A DNA stretch of 63,737 bases, the filler included, from Choristocarpus tenellus KU-1152 (lineage: Eukaryota > Protista > Phaeophyceae): assembly GCA_964200185.2 (NCBI GenBank). It is 10 parts of 10 records of this genome, joined end to end, with 100 filler letters (N's around TTAATTAATTAA, not from the genome) between each part and the next. Parts side by side here need not be neighbours in the genome. Positions count along the whole stretch, not along the records: positions 1 to 9,001 come from CAXNAD020004096.1; positions 9,102 to 19,759 come from CAXNAD020002800.1; 8 more parts are not named here. One strand, 5' to 3'. Of the stretch, positions 1-12,067 are shown piece by piece. The position numbers were made by a program, and so were the translations under genes. Each line of letters starts with the position of its first letter. Positions within the stretch are counted from its first letter, which is position 1. Below the pieces are notes generated by a model. That model saw only the letters and a list, made by a program, of their open reading frames with translations, did not search any database and was not told the origin of the DNA.

Positions 1-276
1 GGGAGGGGAGCTAGGGAGAGGGGCGGAAACAGGGGGGGGGGGGGGGGGGGGGGGTAAGACAACGGCCAATGAAAAATATATTATTCAGAGACGTGACGTA
101 ACGCACTACAAGGGGACCTGTCCTGACAAGACTTGAAAAAAAAGGAGCGGTTGGTTCTTGAGGAGAGAGAGAGAGAGAGACAGGGTAAAGATGGTCAAGC
201 ATGACATAAATCGGGTCAAGGTACTGATGTTTTCTTATGGCTGGTCCGGTTATAACATTCCAGGAACATTCCGGTA

Positions 277-306
277 GAGAGAGTGAGAGTGAGAGTGAGA
301 GTGAGA
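277..306 (+). repeat. (GAGAGT)n microsatellite
   Basis: Direct reading. Confidence 0.9.
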
Positions 307-639
307 GAGGGGAGAGGCCGTCGCTAACCTCAACTTTACTGCTACTACTCTAAAACAGACACTCAAAAAGGTTTCCAATTAAGTAGGCGCTACTAGCACC
401 TGTCCAACTCGATGAGCTCTAGCAAAAAAGAATCGTCACAGTAAAAAAAAATAATGCGCAGAACTAACAGGACATGAAATTAAAAAGAATTGCATCCACT
501 GCATTAGTACCAACGAGAGACAAAAGAGCCAGTACCGTCCTAATGGTCGACCACCATGGGAAGAGAGATAGACAACACAAGCCAAAACACACGCAGCACA
601 CACAATCTTCTCAAAAAAAGTCAAGTAACAACAGCGCCA

Positions 640-682
640 ATAGCAATAGCAGTAGCAGCAGCATCAGCATCAGCATCAGCAT
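640..682 (+). repeat. Compound AGC/AGT/AGCATC microsatellite
   Basis: Direct reading; it explains the poly-S/I stretch in ORF 474..719. Confidence 0.85.
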
Positions 683-1032
683 GAGGAGGAGACTCAAAAC
701 CAGTGAAAAAAAAAGGTAAAAGATGTGAAATTAAAAACAAGGGTGCAACTCTGTACTGGTAAAGGAAATACAAAATGCATTCCTGCAGTTTCGTTTTGGA
801 ATTGCAACCGAATCTTTGATTCGTCGGGGCAGCGACTACGCCCCCTCCCAATGCCCATCCAAAACCGACAAAGAGCCGGTCCTGCAGTGACCGTCTAGGA
901 TATACCTACCAGGGCGCAACAGGGCAAAGAATGTTTGCCAGCGGGACCTTTCTTGGCACTGCTAATGCATGGCATGTGCTAAACCAAGTAAGAATAGTCC
1001 ATGAAAGGTGATGCGTCAAAGACCTGGACTAC

Positions 1033-1223
1033 CTACTACACACACAAACACACCACCAGCCCAACCTGTAACTGCCACTGCTAGCTATTTGAAGAATATT
1101 TTAAGCTCCCCAACATAGATTTTCTACTACTACTAACTACTACTACTACTACTACTACACACACCACAAGCCCAACCTGTAACTGTAATTCTAGCTATTC
1201 AAAGAATATTTCAAGCCCCCCAC
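1033..1223 (+). repeat. Degenerate tandem duplication (~120-nt period) with a (CTA)n spacer, probably intronic to the PPase gene
   Basis: Two copies of ctactacacacac...gcccaacctgtaactg...ctagctatt..aagaatattt.aagc at ~1033-1113 and ~1152-1223. Confidence 0.85.
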
Positions 1224-1258
1224 TCCCCCCCCCTTCCGTCTACACCGTTTATACATGC

Positions 1259-2948
1259 CTTGTTGAAGAAGGCACGGTAGTCCTCAGTATTTTCCGCCCC
1301 CTTGATCTTGATCTCATAAGACTCAGCCTGCAGATGCATACACCACAAGACAACAAGTCAAGGCGTGGGCCACTGTTCATGACGACCCTGACGCGTAATG
1401 TGACTACTGTGCTTGCAAGATGCAGGGGGCAACAGCAAGTTCAAATAAATAGGAAGGGGGGTTGGCATTCTAAGAGCGTTGCAAACCGATCCCTCTGGAC
1501 AGGTCAAATCTCATGCTCTACCTCAGATCATACATTGTTGTTTCGGAGTGAATCAACGGCAAGATAACGTGCACAATGATTTCAGGAGTTGGGCTGACTG
1601 AAAGACAACCTTGCCTTGGGGGGCGGGGGAGGGGAAGAAGACGGAACAAACAGAGCACTACGGCGGGAAGGGATGAGAAGGCGAACACAAAATGTACAGA
1701 CACAGACAAAAATGATATAGATGGGGTAGGGGGGTAGACGCAGGACACATAAACTTCACCAGATCGTTGCTAGTCAGTGAAAGGGATGCTATGTAATTGG
1801 CATCACTACAGCCATGTAAACAAGTCTGTAAAAAAGGATCACCAGAATCTCTCTAGCAAAGGATATGCATTTCGTTTTTCCTCTGGTGAGGATTTGCATC
1901 CCGTTCGTTGTGGAGTTTGTTGCTCCAAGGTTGGAGGAAGCTGCACTACAAAATACTGCAATGATCTATTTTTTCTAATCTGCCCACGCTACTTTCACGA
2001 TGGTTGCTACGCATGTCCTACTAAGCAAACTACCTCTTACACCTCTTATCACTGCTTCAACGGTCTTGTCGTATACTGGGCAATGGGCGAAGGGAGCAAT
2101 GGAATCAAAGGGCAAGGAAAAACGTGGTGGATGGGCAGGATCAGTGCTAGTAGCCTTGTAGAAAGCGGAAAGATTACAGAGAAGGGTGTCAGCCGCTTCC
2201 ATGCAGAAAAAGGGATTGTGCAAGCAGGCGGGAAGCAGACCTGTGGAACGCGATCACACATATGAACACGCACACATACACTATACGGTCACTACTCTTG
2301 TTCTTCTCACCACTACGGCCATGTGCATGCGACGGCCGACATTGCGAGAGAGGCGGCCAGAAGTGATAGCTTTGCTGCTCTGTGTGTGGAGAGAAGTGAG
2401 CAAGTCGGCACCCAGGCGATATAGTAAGTGCGATTATAGGGTACAGAGAGTATGTCAGACTTGGCGCGGACACGGGCGGCGATTCGATAAAGATTACAAA
2501 ATCGCTACTCATAAAGGGGTCTATGTTAGCACACCCTTCTTCGTGAGTGCAATCACGAACTAACACTGTACAAGGATTCTTCCTGGACGTTCAGCTATCT
2601 ACGTAAGGGCTCAAAGGGACGTGATGGTAATTGGTGCTGATATGAGCACCAGGAACTTTCTTCAATTTGATGGGGTTGACTAATGATTGAGGCCTTTGGT
2701 GTGGCATTGCTGATAAGCCTCAGTTGATGAATATTCGGTCCATCAATAAGGAGGTGCATGACGATTGTTTATTAGAATGCGTTACCAGTACGACACGAGC
2801 CTAGCACACTCCAATGCTATAAAGACATTAATATATCAATGTATGGTTCATTCTTCACCACCTGAAGGGCCTTGGCAGAGAGATGCCCAGTGAAGGCGCG
2901 GGTGGTCCCTAGGACGCATAGTGCTGCTGCAAAGTTGATGCTCCTCAT
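1259..2948 (-). CDS. Plastid-targeted soluble inorganic pyrophosphatase (family I), 5' exons only
   Basis: In-phase exons 2948-2862 (MRSINFAAALCVLGTTRAFTGHLSAKALQ), 2379-2311 (SSKAITSGRLSRNVGRRMHMAVV; donor GTGAGA) and 1327-1259 (AESYEIKIKGAENTEDYRAFFNK; acceptor ctgcag). The last resembles the N-terminal 'Y....G..NT.EYRVF' segment of eukaryotic PPases. The expected next exon (SPWHDIP-like) was not found in the window. Confidence 0.75.
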
Positions 2949-3796
2949 ACTTGGGTAGGCAATCCTGCTGAAAGAGGGAGTTATTGGCGATAGATGTCTT
3001 CAAGGGTGGGTGTGGAAGGATATATTGCATTGAGATCCTTATTTACATTCACAATATGATCGTTGGAGGGCGTGTGAATGTGGGGACAGGCTCGGCCACC
3101 CCTATCCCCTGATGCACATGTCGTTGCAAAGAATCTCCCAAAGTGTAAGGTAGAAGAGTGAAAATACAAAATTTCCCATGGAATTCAGTTTGGCGAACAT
3201 CTGAAGGTTGAAGAGGGGGCATCACCTTGATAGAATGGGTCCGTCCAGCCCTGGCGATGATGAGAGAGGTGAGGCAAGTATGTGACAAGATCAACAACAT
3301 AAATCAAGGGTTTCCATCACGGAGGCATGCATATACTATCATAGACATCCTCGTGGCACTCTGTGGGTTAGGGAGGAGAGGGAAAAAAATACTTGTACTC
3401 AGGACGACTTATTGGGGATAGATAGGCTACCAGGAATATCCATCTCTGCCTACCAATTCCATCGTTAGAGCATTAGAGCGACAGTAGAACTAGGACTCTC
3501 GTAGGCCTCTTCATTAATGGGAAAAGGACGCTGTTGTAGGCTGTCGCCAGTTGTACTACTGATGTACAACCGGAAAATATTCAATCCTGAACAGCCAGCC
3601 CTAAAGTACCAAACTAGATCTGATACATCTGCACGTCTTTCCTACCTGCTGATGGATGCCCAAGTATATGGCGGGGCAGCAGTGTAAATATCATCCACAC
3701 AATGAAGCTTAGTTCTTTCAATTCGGTGGTTTTGCAATCGAAATACCTCAAAGCAAGAAGGCAGAGTTGCTGTTGTGCTTATCTTTCGGGAGTTCT

Positions 3797-4035
3797 GAGC
3801 CAAAGTAAACGGTAGGAGCTTAGGGTTTGACCAATTTACATCTTTTGCAATTCACCCTAATTCCTATGGATAAAATCGTAAGGTTGACTTGAGATGTTGA
3901 TTTCTCCGTTTTTTGTTTGGAAATTTTCCACAGGATTCAGAAAAGTTCCTAAAAGTCTTCATACAAACCCAAATTTTACACATTTGTCAGCATCCTTAAA
4001 ATGCAACCCTGGGTACCTCTCGTTTACTTTGACTC
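3797..4035. mobile_element. MITE family A, copy 1
   Basis: Imperfect TIRs GAGCCAAAGTAAAC...GTTTACTTTGACTC; internal similarity to 8573-8826 (tcttttgcaattcaccc, atttgtcagcatccttaa). Confidence 0.75.
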
Positions 4036-4775
4036 TTTGTACAGTGCGTAGAGTTTGCGTATGTTTCGGGATGGAGTGAGAGTTGAGGGAGGTAGAAGTG
4101 GACTTGGTTAAGGCAGAGTGTGAGGGTGAGTTTGTCTACAACTACGACTCTATACAATACCACTTTACCGGATATGGTGTCTTTTTTTTTACTTGAAAGT
4201 GCTTCATTCTAAGTAAGATTCAAGGCACTGGTGTTTAGTTGTTGAGCGGGATCGTAAGGTACTCAAGGACAAGCACTGTTCCAAACTGCTTGCTTGGGCT
4301 ATTCTTGACCACCAGAAGGAATTGAAATACGATGCATCGAGTTCAGAATCCCACCGTCTAGCTTTGGTAACTAGGAATCAGCCGGATAAATGATCTAGAT
4401 GGGTAGATAACAACAACCAAAGAATAATATCTTTAGTGGACTTACTAGATGGTCAGCAGGGACAGCAGCACAAAGAAGAAGTGTTCCCGCAGTACCTGCT
4501 TTCAACATCACATTTTCCCCCTGAGGCAAATGCTTTAGACAACACAGCACATGTCCCTGTGAATCTTGAAAAAGGAAAGAACAATGGCTATGCAACCTGG
4601 CACAGACGGATAACGTACTTGTTGACGATGACACTGCTCTACTGTTTCGGTGTTTCAAAACCGTCCAAATCACGTTATTTTAGTATGTGTAACAATCTGT
4701 GTCGGATGCTAATTGAATAGGTACTCTAGCACACTATCATTCCAGTGAGTCTTACATATTGTCATGTTTGTAAGC

Positions 4776-5355
4776 AAAGATGACAAAAATCACGTTTGGA
4801 GAACAACAGCAACTATGTCTACGCTCGCAAAAGAGCTATATATATAGTCGTATGGAGGTAGGCAAGGTTGCATTTATTTAAGAATGTTCCCGAGAAATGG
4901 TCAAAACAACCCATTTTGTACAACAACGAAAAAGGGCTCAGCTGAATTGTGTTGTCACTTTATGTGTAGAGAGCAGAGATATCAATTTCGCAGACTCTAT
5001 TGTGCACGCAAAGCAGGGGAATAGAGTGTATAGCATGTAGCAAGGAAATAGCTTAGTATGCAAAAGCCCCAAAACCTGCCTATCTCTCAATAACTTCACT
5101 CAAAAAAATGAAGTTGCACAAGAAATTGGGGGATGAAGTGGTATTGTTGACACAGGGATCAATGTGTCGGAGCAAGTCGTGTTGGCTTATCCGATTGTAA
5201 ATTCGTACGGAAGCCTCTCCATTTTGCTCGCACAAAAATTGTACTTCGACGGATTGCTGGAATTGAAACGTCCAACTGGGTCTCCTCTTCACAAGGAACC
5301 CCTCGCTTTGACATATCCTCCACAAGGAGATCCTTTTTTTATGAGAGGAAAATAA
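4776..5355 (+). pseudogene. Decayed intronless ORF (~190 codons), unknown product
   Basis: One frame (KDDKNHVWRT...NEVAQEIGG*SGIVDTGINVSEQVVLAYP...FMRGK*) is interrupted only by TAG, TAG and TGA. Confidence 0.4.
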
Positions 5356-5619
5356 AATTGGGGATTCTTCATACGTTGTGTAACCTGTTGCTGGTGAGAA
5401 GCTTGTTGACTTGAGGCCCTGTCTGTTGTTGTGTCGTGGGTTTGTGTTCTCTGTTTAAATTGTTCGAGGCCGATAAAGAGGACTGACAATGGTAGCCCTA
5501 GTATTACTGTCCCACATTGTGTCTTTGTTTGCGTTTTTCTTGTGCGGTCCATGTATTCTACTTCCTTTCCGCCGAATACCATTTTTTGAATTATTTGGCG
5601 TGTGATACCCATCTATAAT

Positions 5620-7090
5620 CCATTTCGTACACCACAATCAACTTCCTAGAGCCCTAGAACAGTAGACGTGGGCAGGGTACTCTTTGAGGCCTTTGCAAGC
5701 CCCGTTGTCACACCCATATCCTATTGTACGCTCCATTACTTTTTTTTTACAGGTGACACAGCGTCGTGCGCACGTAGAGGAGCCTAAAAAACATTCGAAT
5801 TGGTTTGGTTTCTTTCGGGTACGACACTCGACGAGCACAGACCACCATCGCACCCCACCACACACTAAGGACAGCGTTTCTTGTATACCTAAGGTGCTTC
5901 CACATGTGCAAAATTACGCCTTCAATAAACCATTGCCCTCCAAACTCAAGCTCGATGGAATCCGATGTACAATGGCTGACTTTCACCTCCTTAAGAACCT
6001 CGGACAGTGCCTGAGGTGCGATGAAACTCGTATCCTCCACACTCGAAGCAATTCAAGCTCGAATATATAGTGTAACTACAAGCCCTTAGGGGCCCTCTAA
6101 CGAGTATGTCGGAGGTTGACTGGCAAGTGAACCAAACGGAGAGCCATGACAATTACGATCCTAATATGTAAGGCGTGTTTCGTGGACTCGGAAGAATCGG
6201 CGAATTACCTATTCCACAGAAACGGCAAAAAGCCTGAACGCGAAAGCGTTTCATGAATTTGGTCTCACCAGGACGAATCACATACGTAAGTCCAAAGCAC
6301 CAATAGGGGGAAAGGTGGACGCTCAACTCGGCGGCGCTCCCTTCTCCCAAGCCCTGCCGAGCACTAAGAGTCGGTGGCAGGGTGCTAGGTAAATATTCGA
6401 TGCCTGGAGACGCTCAAGGCATGTATCTCAGCAATATATCGTCAATAGAGCTGTCCTGGAAGGTGAGCAAAAGTCAATCCTGGATTTCTTTCGATGCCTC
6501 CCTAATCTGCATTGCGGTTAAACGTCCATCTGGTGCTGACCTTGATATGGACCGGTGGAATTGGTAGGACTGGATCAGTTACAGTGGTTGGGTGCCTCCC
6601 AAAGTCCCGCACCTGTCCCTTGCCGAATTGATCCGGGTATGTGGGCCGAGGAGTGCTAGCTTTCAGTAGCACTTCTCTTTGTTGTCATGGATGATGCTAA
6701 TCTCAAACAGAATGCTTGGAGTCAGCTATCAGTAGCATACTGTGCTACTGATCTGGAATACACTGATTGTCGAGCTGGGTGTGGACAACACTCACTTTTT
6801 TTCGTGCTAACCTCAATCGAGAACGTGGGCACCTTGAACCTCGACTCGATCTTTCGATTCTCCTCGACGGATTCAATTTCTGGGGGCAAGTGTTTAATGT
6901 GACGAGGGTTATCATAGCCACAGCCCCAGTGCTGATACATGGCGCCTACTTCCTTCCCTTGCGGATCCAGTCAGCATTCTTTGTTCATTGTCGTTGGAGT
7001 TCCAGAATAGGTCGTTCAATAATATTTGATTCTCATTTCCTCCACGATTCCGTCTCAGAAGTATTCCATCTTGAAATCAATAATCCTTTT
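5620..7090 (-). pseudogene. Decayed ORF(s) ending in a PHD-finger-like Cys/His motif
   Basis: Long frames broken mostly by TGA, plus frameshifts. The end, CVTCKKKVMERTIGYGCDNGACKGLKEYPAHVYCSRALGS*LWCTKW, fits C4HC3 spacing with the last Cys lost. Confidence 0.45.
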
Positions 7091-8264
7091 TAAGCAGTCC
7101 AGGGAATGGGAATGAGATAGAAGCAAGCTGCGATAACTCTATTGCACTCTACTCCAGGGTGATCGAAACACAACTCTGTATTGCCCCTCTCCCTACCTCT
7201 AGTCAAGAAACCATTTCCAAGAGAAATACTGTACTTCGTAGAAATGATATGCCTATGCACCTGCACCTCAATCACAGCACATATTCTCGGCACATTTGGA
7301 ACCACCGTTACCCTAAATAGTGAGAATATGCCCACGTTACTGATATGTTCATGTTCTAGATTAGCATATTCAAGGAAAGGGACTACTAGTAGTATGGCAT
7401 AAACAATGAGGAGCGTTCAATCCCGTGATCATCAGGTGGAAATCATTGCAACTCAGGGCAACATAGACAGAGGCAAATGAGATGGGAACCATAACTTTTT
7501 ACAGCAAGTGAAAGGTTTCCAGACTAATGCTTCATTAGGAAAATGACTAGGGGATGAGGAAATAGCTTGGAGATTTTTTCATTACCTTTCCCTCAGGCAC
7601 TTGTCTCTCCAGGCACATGTTCGAGTGACATATCTTACTGCATTGAAACTACACCGATCACTATACATCCCTCGTTCCAATACCCCCCTGCCCTGTACTT
7701 ACCTTAGCACGAAAACAAATGCGAAGAAACTTCAACCCCCATGTCCTTGGAGTGTTCTCCATCAAGAGGCACATTGGCTCTTCTCATCAACCCAGGTGAG
7801 GACTTAGCAACTCTACCAATGAGGAGGTTGATTTGTGTTCAACTGGTTTGGTTTAAACGGAATTTCATATGTTCACTTGCCGCCATTTTGCATTGCAAGT
7901 ATATTTACATTCAGTGAGTGTTTTGTATAGATCTTTGAATGATTTCGTTTATGATTTTGTAGTTCATTGTTCAGAACCATACCTTAGCTCTCCTTCTCTC
8001 CAGTCATATTCGATAAACCTGCTCAAACTCTCATGATACTTTAAATGCTTCCGTGAAAAAAAACACACTATGTATCCCTTACTGCCAGACAATCAGTGGG
8101 GACGGTTCCCTCCTCCAATATAGAAGGAACCCACTCTTGTTGCTGCATGCACCCTCATGATCTCCGTCCCCGGCAAGAAACAATGGATTTAAGATAAGAA
8201 CCAAGTGCTGACATGATATGTTTTGTAAGGTTTATGACACAAGCAACATCAATGCCCTCCAATA

Positions 8265-8522
8265 TTGCAACCCTCACACAGTGAGATTGATGCTGTGCCG
8301 GAGGTCATTCACCTCGGTGTAAGAAAGGGCCTAGCTGCAACAAGAATTCAGTCTCTTGTCCGAGGCTGGACCCAAAGGAAGAAGCATCGGTTGCTGTTGG
8401 CAGCTTCAACGCTCCAGCGTTATTACAGAATATTCCTTACCATCCGGAGGTTTGTTAAAATGTACCCATTCTATGCTATAACCCATGAGGTGCCATGTAT
8501 TGACTTCCATGATCCACTGTAG
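8265..8522 (+). CDS. IQ calmodulin-binding-motif exon, probably terminal and possibly pseudogenic
   Basis: Two IQ-like motifs, AATRIQSLVRGWTQRKK and AASTLQRYYRIFLTIRR; candidate acceptor cacacag ending at 8281. Confidence 0.55.
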   Translation: MQPSHSEIDAVPEVIHLGVRKGLAATRIQSLVRGWTQRKKHRLLLAASTLQRYYRIFLTIRRFVKMYPFYAITHEVPCIDFHDPL

Positions 8523-8572
8523 CATTAGAATGGAGACGGGTATAGGTGGAGTTAGGGTTGGGGGTGATGAGT

Positions 8573-8826
8573 GAGCCAAGGTAAAGGAGAGGTACCCAGG
8601 TTTTGGTCATTTTTCATTTTAAGCCTGTTTTCTAATCTTTTGCAATTCACCCATATTTGTATTGATGAAGTTCTAAGTTTTACTTGAGGGGGCTTATTTC
8701 TCTATTGTTTAAAACTGTTTGACACAATTCAGCTAATAAAAAACATTTTTTTAGGAGTTCAACTTTGCACCTATTTGTCAGCATCCTTAACATGCAACTC
8801 TGGTTACCTCTTGTCTACTTTGATTC
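8573..8826. mobile_element. MITE family A, copy 2
   Basis: TIRs GAGCCAAGGTAAAGGAGAGGTACCCAG...CTGGTTACCTCTTGTCTACTTTGATTC; same orientation as copy 1. Confidence 0.75.
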
Positions 8827-8946
8827 AGTGCAGATCTTGCACAGCCAGTTGGTGGATGTGATGGGCCATTCACTTCTTTACTTGGCCTCTACTCAATATA
8901 CTTATAGTACTGTAGAGCTGGACAGAAAAAAAAACAATATACCAAT

Positions 8947-9001
8947 GATCCAAAGTATCTGGGGGGGGGGGGGCGGCTGTCCATTTGGGGTCATTTTTTT
9001 C
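8947..9001. mobile_element. MITE family C, left end truncated by gap
   Basis: caaagtatctg(G)n gcggctgtccatttgggg, as at 58884. Confidence 0.75.
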
Positions 9002-9101
9002 NNNNNNNNNNNNNNNNNNNNNNNNNNNNNNNNNNNNNNNNNNNNTTAATTAATTAANNNNNNNNNNNNNNNNNNNNNNNNNNNNNNNNNNNNNNNNNNN
9101 N
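9002..9101. other. Artificial assembly gap linker (first of nine)
   Basis: 44N-TTAATTAATTAA-44N (stops in all six frames). Also at 19760-19859, 23051-23150, 30798-30897, 36565-36664, 40966-41065, 46739-46838, 50625-50724 and 55092-55191. Confidence 0.98.
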
Positions 9102-10350
9102 CCCCCCCCAACTTCCGGAACACGCAAGGTTTTGAAAAATAAAAATAAAAAGTTAGATCTCAAGAGGCGGTTTTAAATCATCACACGGAAAATAAATAAA
9201 TAAAATAAAATAATTGTGAACAAAACGAAACTCGAATATTCAAATTATCGTTGAGATATCGGTATTGTTTTTGTTAAGGAGAGCGCACAATCGATAGAGA
9301 GACACAGAACAGACCACGTGCAATGCACTTTAGAACGCACTCATTTTTTTGATGTTTTTTATTGTTCGATTTTTTTAAAAGAAAGAACTAGAACTTGATT
9401 TTTTTTTTTTTAAAGAAGGGAAAAAAAACGGAAAAGAGGGTCTCTTTCTTTCTTGGACAGCAGGCGTGTTTGTTGTTTCAGAATGACGATGGGGTGCGTT
9501 TTGAATGGCGATGATGTCATCATCCATCACGTACCTTTCTTTTTTCTCTTTTTTTTGTTCCGATTGTGTGGGTTTCTATAAATGCTCGGGGAAAACATCA
9601 GAAGAAAAAATAAGATTTTTTTTTTGGTAAGAAAATTTTGAGTGCACGCTCTCTGCGGATCAATCTGTGGAGCTTGGTTTTGAGCGACTATGATGTGTGT
9701 AGGGTTAGGGTTAGGGTGACTATGATGATCGATCACCAATCGCGGTATGTGTTCAAATGGACTCCTGGTTACTATCCGTATGAATGCCTTTCCTGGTTGA
9801 GAGAGGTTGGAGGCCTGTATGTGGGAATAGGTTACTGCTTCCAATGTTGGGAATATTTTGGCTGTCGTAGGTTCATGTAGGCACCAATCATACCAATGGT
9901 ATTAAAAAGAGGGTACACAAACAGATTCATACTGCGCAACACACATACAACACGCATGCAGCACACATGAACTGCAAACCCCATGGTGACGAACGACAAC
10001 AACGGGTGGAGTTGGGGGTGGAGGGGCCTAAAGAGTCTGGCTATATATTTTTTTTGCCTGGAATGTATTGGGCCGGACTGGCTATGTATTTTTTTTTCTT
10101 CTGGGTTTGAGATGTTTTTGTGTCGAAATAAATGGTGTTGTTATGTGGTTGGTAGGGCATTGTGTTACGTTGTTTGAATGTTTTGTGACTGAGAAGAGGG
10201 AGAGGTTACATGATATGATGGCCTGCGGTCATCCATTTGTGTCACTTCCTCTGGTAGAGGTAAGAGGTAGGTGAAACTTTTTTTTTTCTTCTTGAGAGTA
10301 CCGTTTACTGTTACAAATGCTGTATGCGTAGGGCTATTGTTGTAATATAT

Positions 10351-10381
<31 letters not shown>

Positions 10382-10956
10382 CTTGTAAACACACAGGGTG
10401 CCTAAAAGGCAAATGTTCTCGTTCGTCTTAGCCGTAAAAAAAAGGATGTTTTTTTATTTCTTATTTTCGGAAAGAAAAAAAAAGAATAATATTACTATTT
10501 TCGTATTATTTTTTTTGTTGAAAAAAAATGTTCCGTTTATTTTTCTGTTTCAAGCAGTTTGAGGTTAAAAAAAGAAATGGATACTGCCATGATGCTGGGC
10601 ATACTACGATAAGCATACTTTTTTTGTTTCTTACTCATCTTAGTTTCATGGTGCTCCCATTAATTCTGGTGTAACTAGTATGTCGTTTTGATACGACGAA
10701 TAAATGAATAATATTAAAAAAAGAAGAAGTTGATTTGATTCTCTCCGATGATTTCTTGGGATGTATGTAGGCTGTGTTGTGTGATTAGCTAGTTTCCATG
10801 CGTGTGTGTGTATATACCCACTGCTTGGATAGTTTTGTACACACAGTTTTAATATTTATTTTCTGTGAAAAACCGATCGGTCACCACACCATTTTTTGCC
10901 GCCGTGGTCATTGCTTGATTTATTTTCTTGTTTTGTTTTGTTTTGTTTTTTTACAG

Positions 10957-11163
10957 GACAAGGTGGTGCAGAAGCTCAAGGAGGTCCTGGGTACCAAGGG
11001 CATGCGTGAAGCAGGGTTCCCGGCGAAGGTGTCTTTGCCTCTGTATCTGGGAGTCTTTGCAGTGGTGACCTTTGACAACTGTAAGGTGTATCGACCAGGA
11101 GAGCTGGATCCTGAATTGTTTCTTGTCAACCCTGACTACGGCTCCTCGAAGCGCATGAGGAAG
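10957..11163 (+). CDS. Internal exon of a hypothetical protein
   Basis: Strong polypyrimidine tract + ttacag acceptor and AAG|GTGAAA donor; 69 codons, DKVVQKLKEVLG...PLYLGVFAVVTFDNCKVY...SKRMRK. Weak resemblance to an ASCH-like strand, unverified. Confidence 0.65.
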
Positions 11164-12067
11164 GTGAAAGGAATGGATAGATATTTTACCCGGTTGGTGG
11201 GGGGGGTCGGGGGTGGGGTGGGGGGGTGGGGGGGTAAGTAAGGGATATTGATGATCCAATATTATGTCAGTTCTTTTTTCTCATCGAACGGTGGCCCAAG
11301 AATGCGTTGGTGTGTAGAATTTGATTGGAAAAAAAGAAAAAAAAGAAGTGGTGTACCAGTAGTACTGAGAAATGTTTTTAACTGTGTCAGCATTTATATT
11401 TTTTTTATGGTTGGCTGGGGGGGGGGGGAGGGTTACGCAAATTGTGCAGAGAGGTGCAATTGTTACGGTCCTTGATTAAAATCGGGACTGATTGAAACCA
11501 GAAGGTGAGGTGTTATTATTATTATTATTTATTTTTTCTATTGGTTATTTTCTGTGAAGATTCGCAGGGTGTGCTTGTGGTGTTGAGGAGCGAGCTCGGT
11601 GGTGTTAGTCTGTGGGCTATGAAATATGCATATTTAAATTGTAATCAATTACGCTCCTTTTTTTTTTTTGAGCGGGTTCTAAGAGTCATTCTTGTGCGAG
11701 AACGGACGACTTTCGACTCTCTTTGTGATTTTATCTTTTTTTTAAATATTATTTGCAGAGGAAATTGCAGAAGAAATTTCTGCGAGCGTACGAAGTCTCA
11801 TGCGTTTGTTTTGGTGACACCTTCGGAGAGCACTGTCGACAAATGGTGTTGAAATGGTATTTAGGGTGTATTCAAATAATATGGTGTGATTTGACAAGTC
11901 ATGCAGCGGTATTTAGTGGCGATATATATATCTCTGGGGGGATACCGATTACCCCCCTGGTGGGTGTTACAATTGGAGGCCAGCAGACCTGCACTAAAAT
12001 TGAAAACAGAAAGGGGTTGCATCTCCGACAGATGTTGCATTGTATGCATATACGCTGAGTGGCTGTA

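Noticed and set aside
474-719. Short ORFs of the six-frame track here and in other intronic/intergenic regions
   Set aside because: Mostly microsatellite-driven, antisense shadows of real exons, or non-ATG starts, which is not meaningful in a spliced eukaryotic genome.
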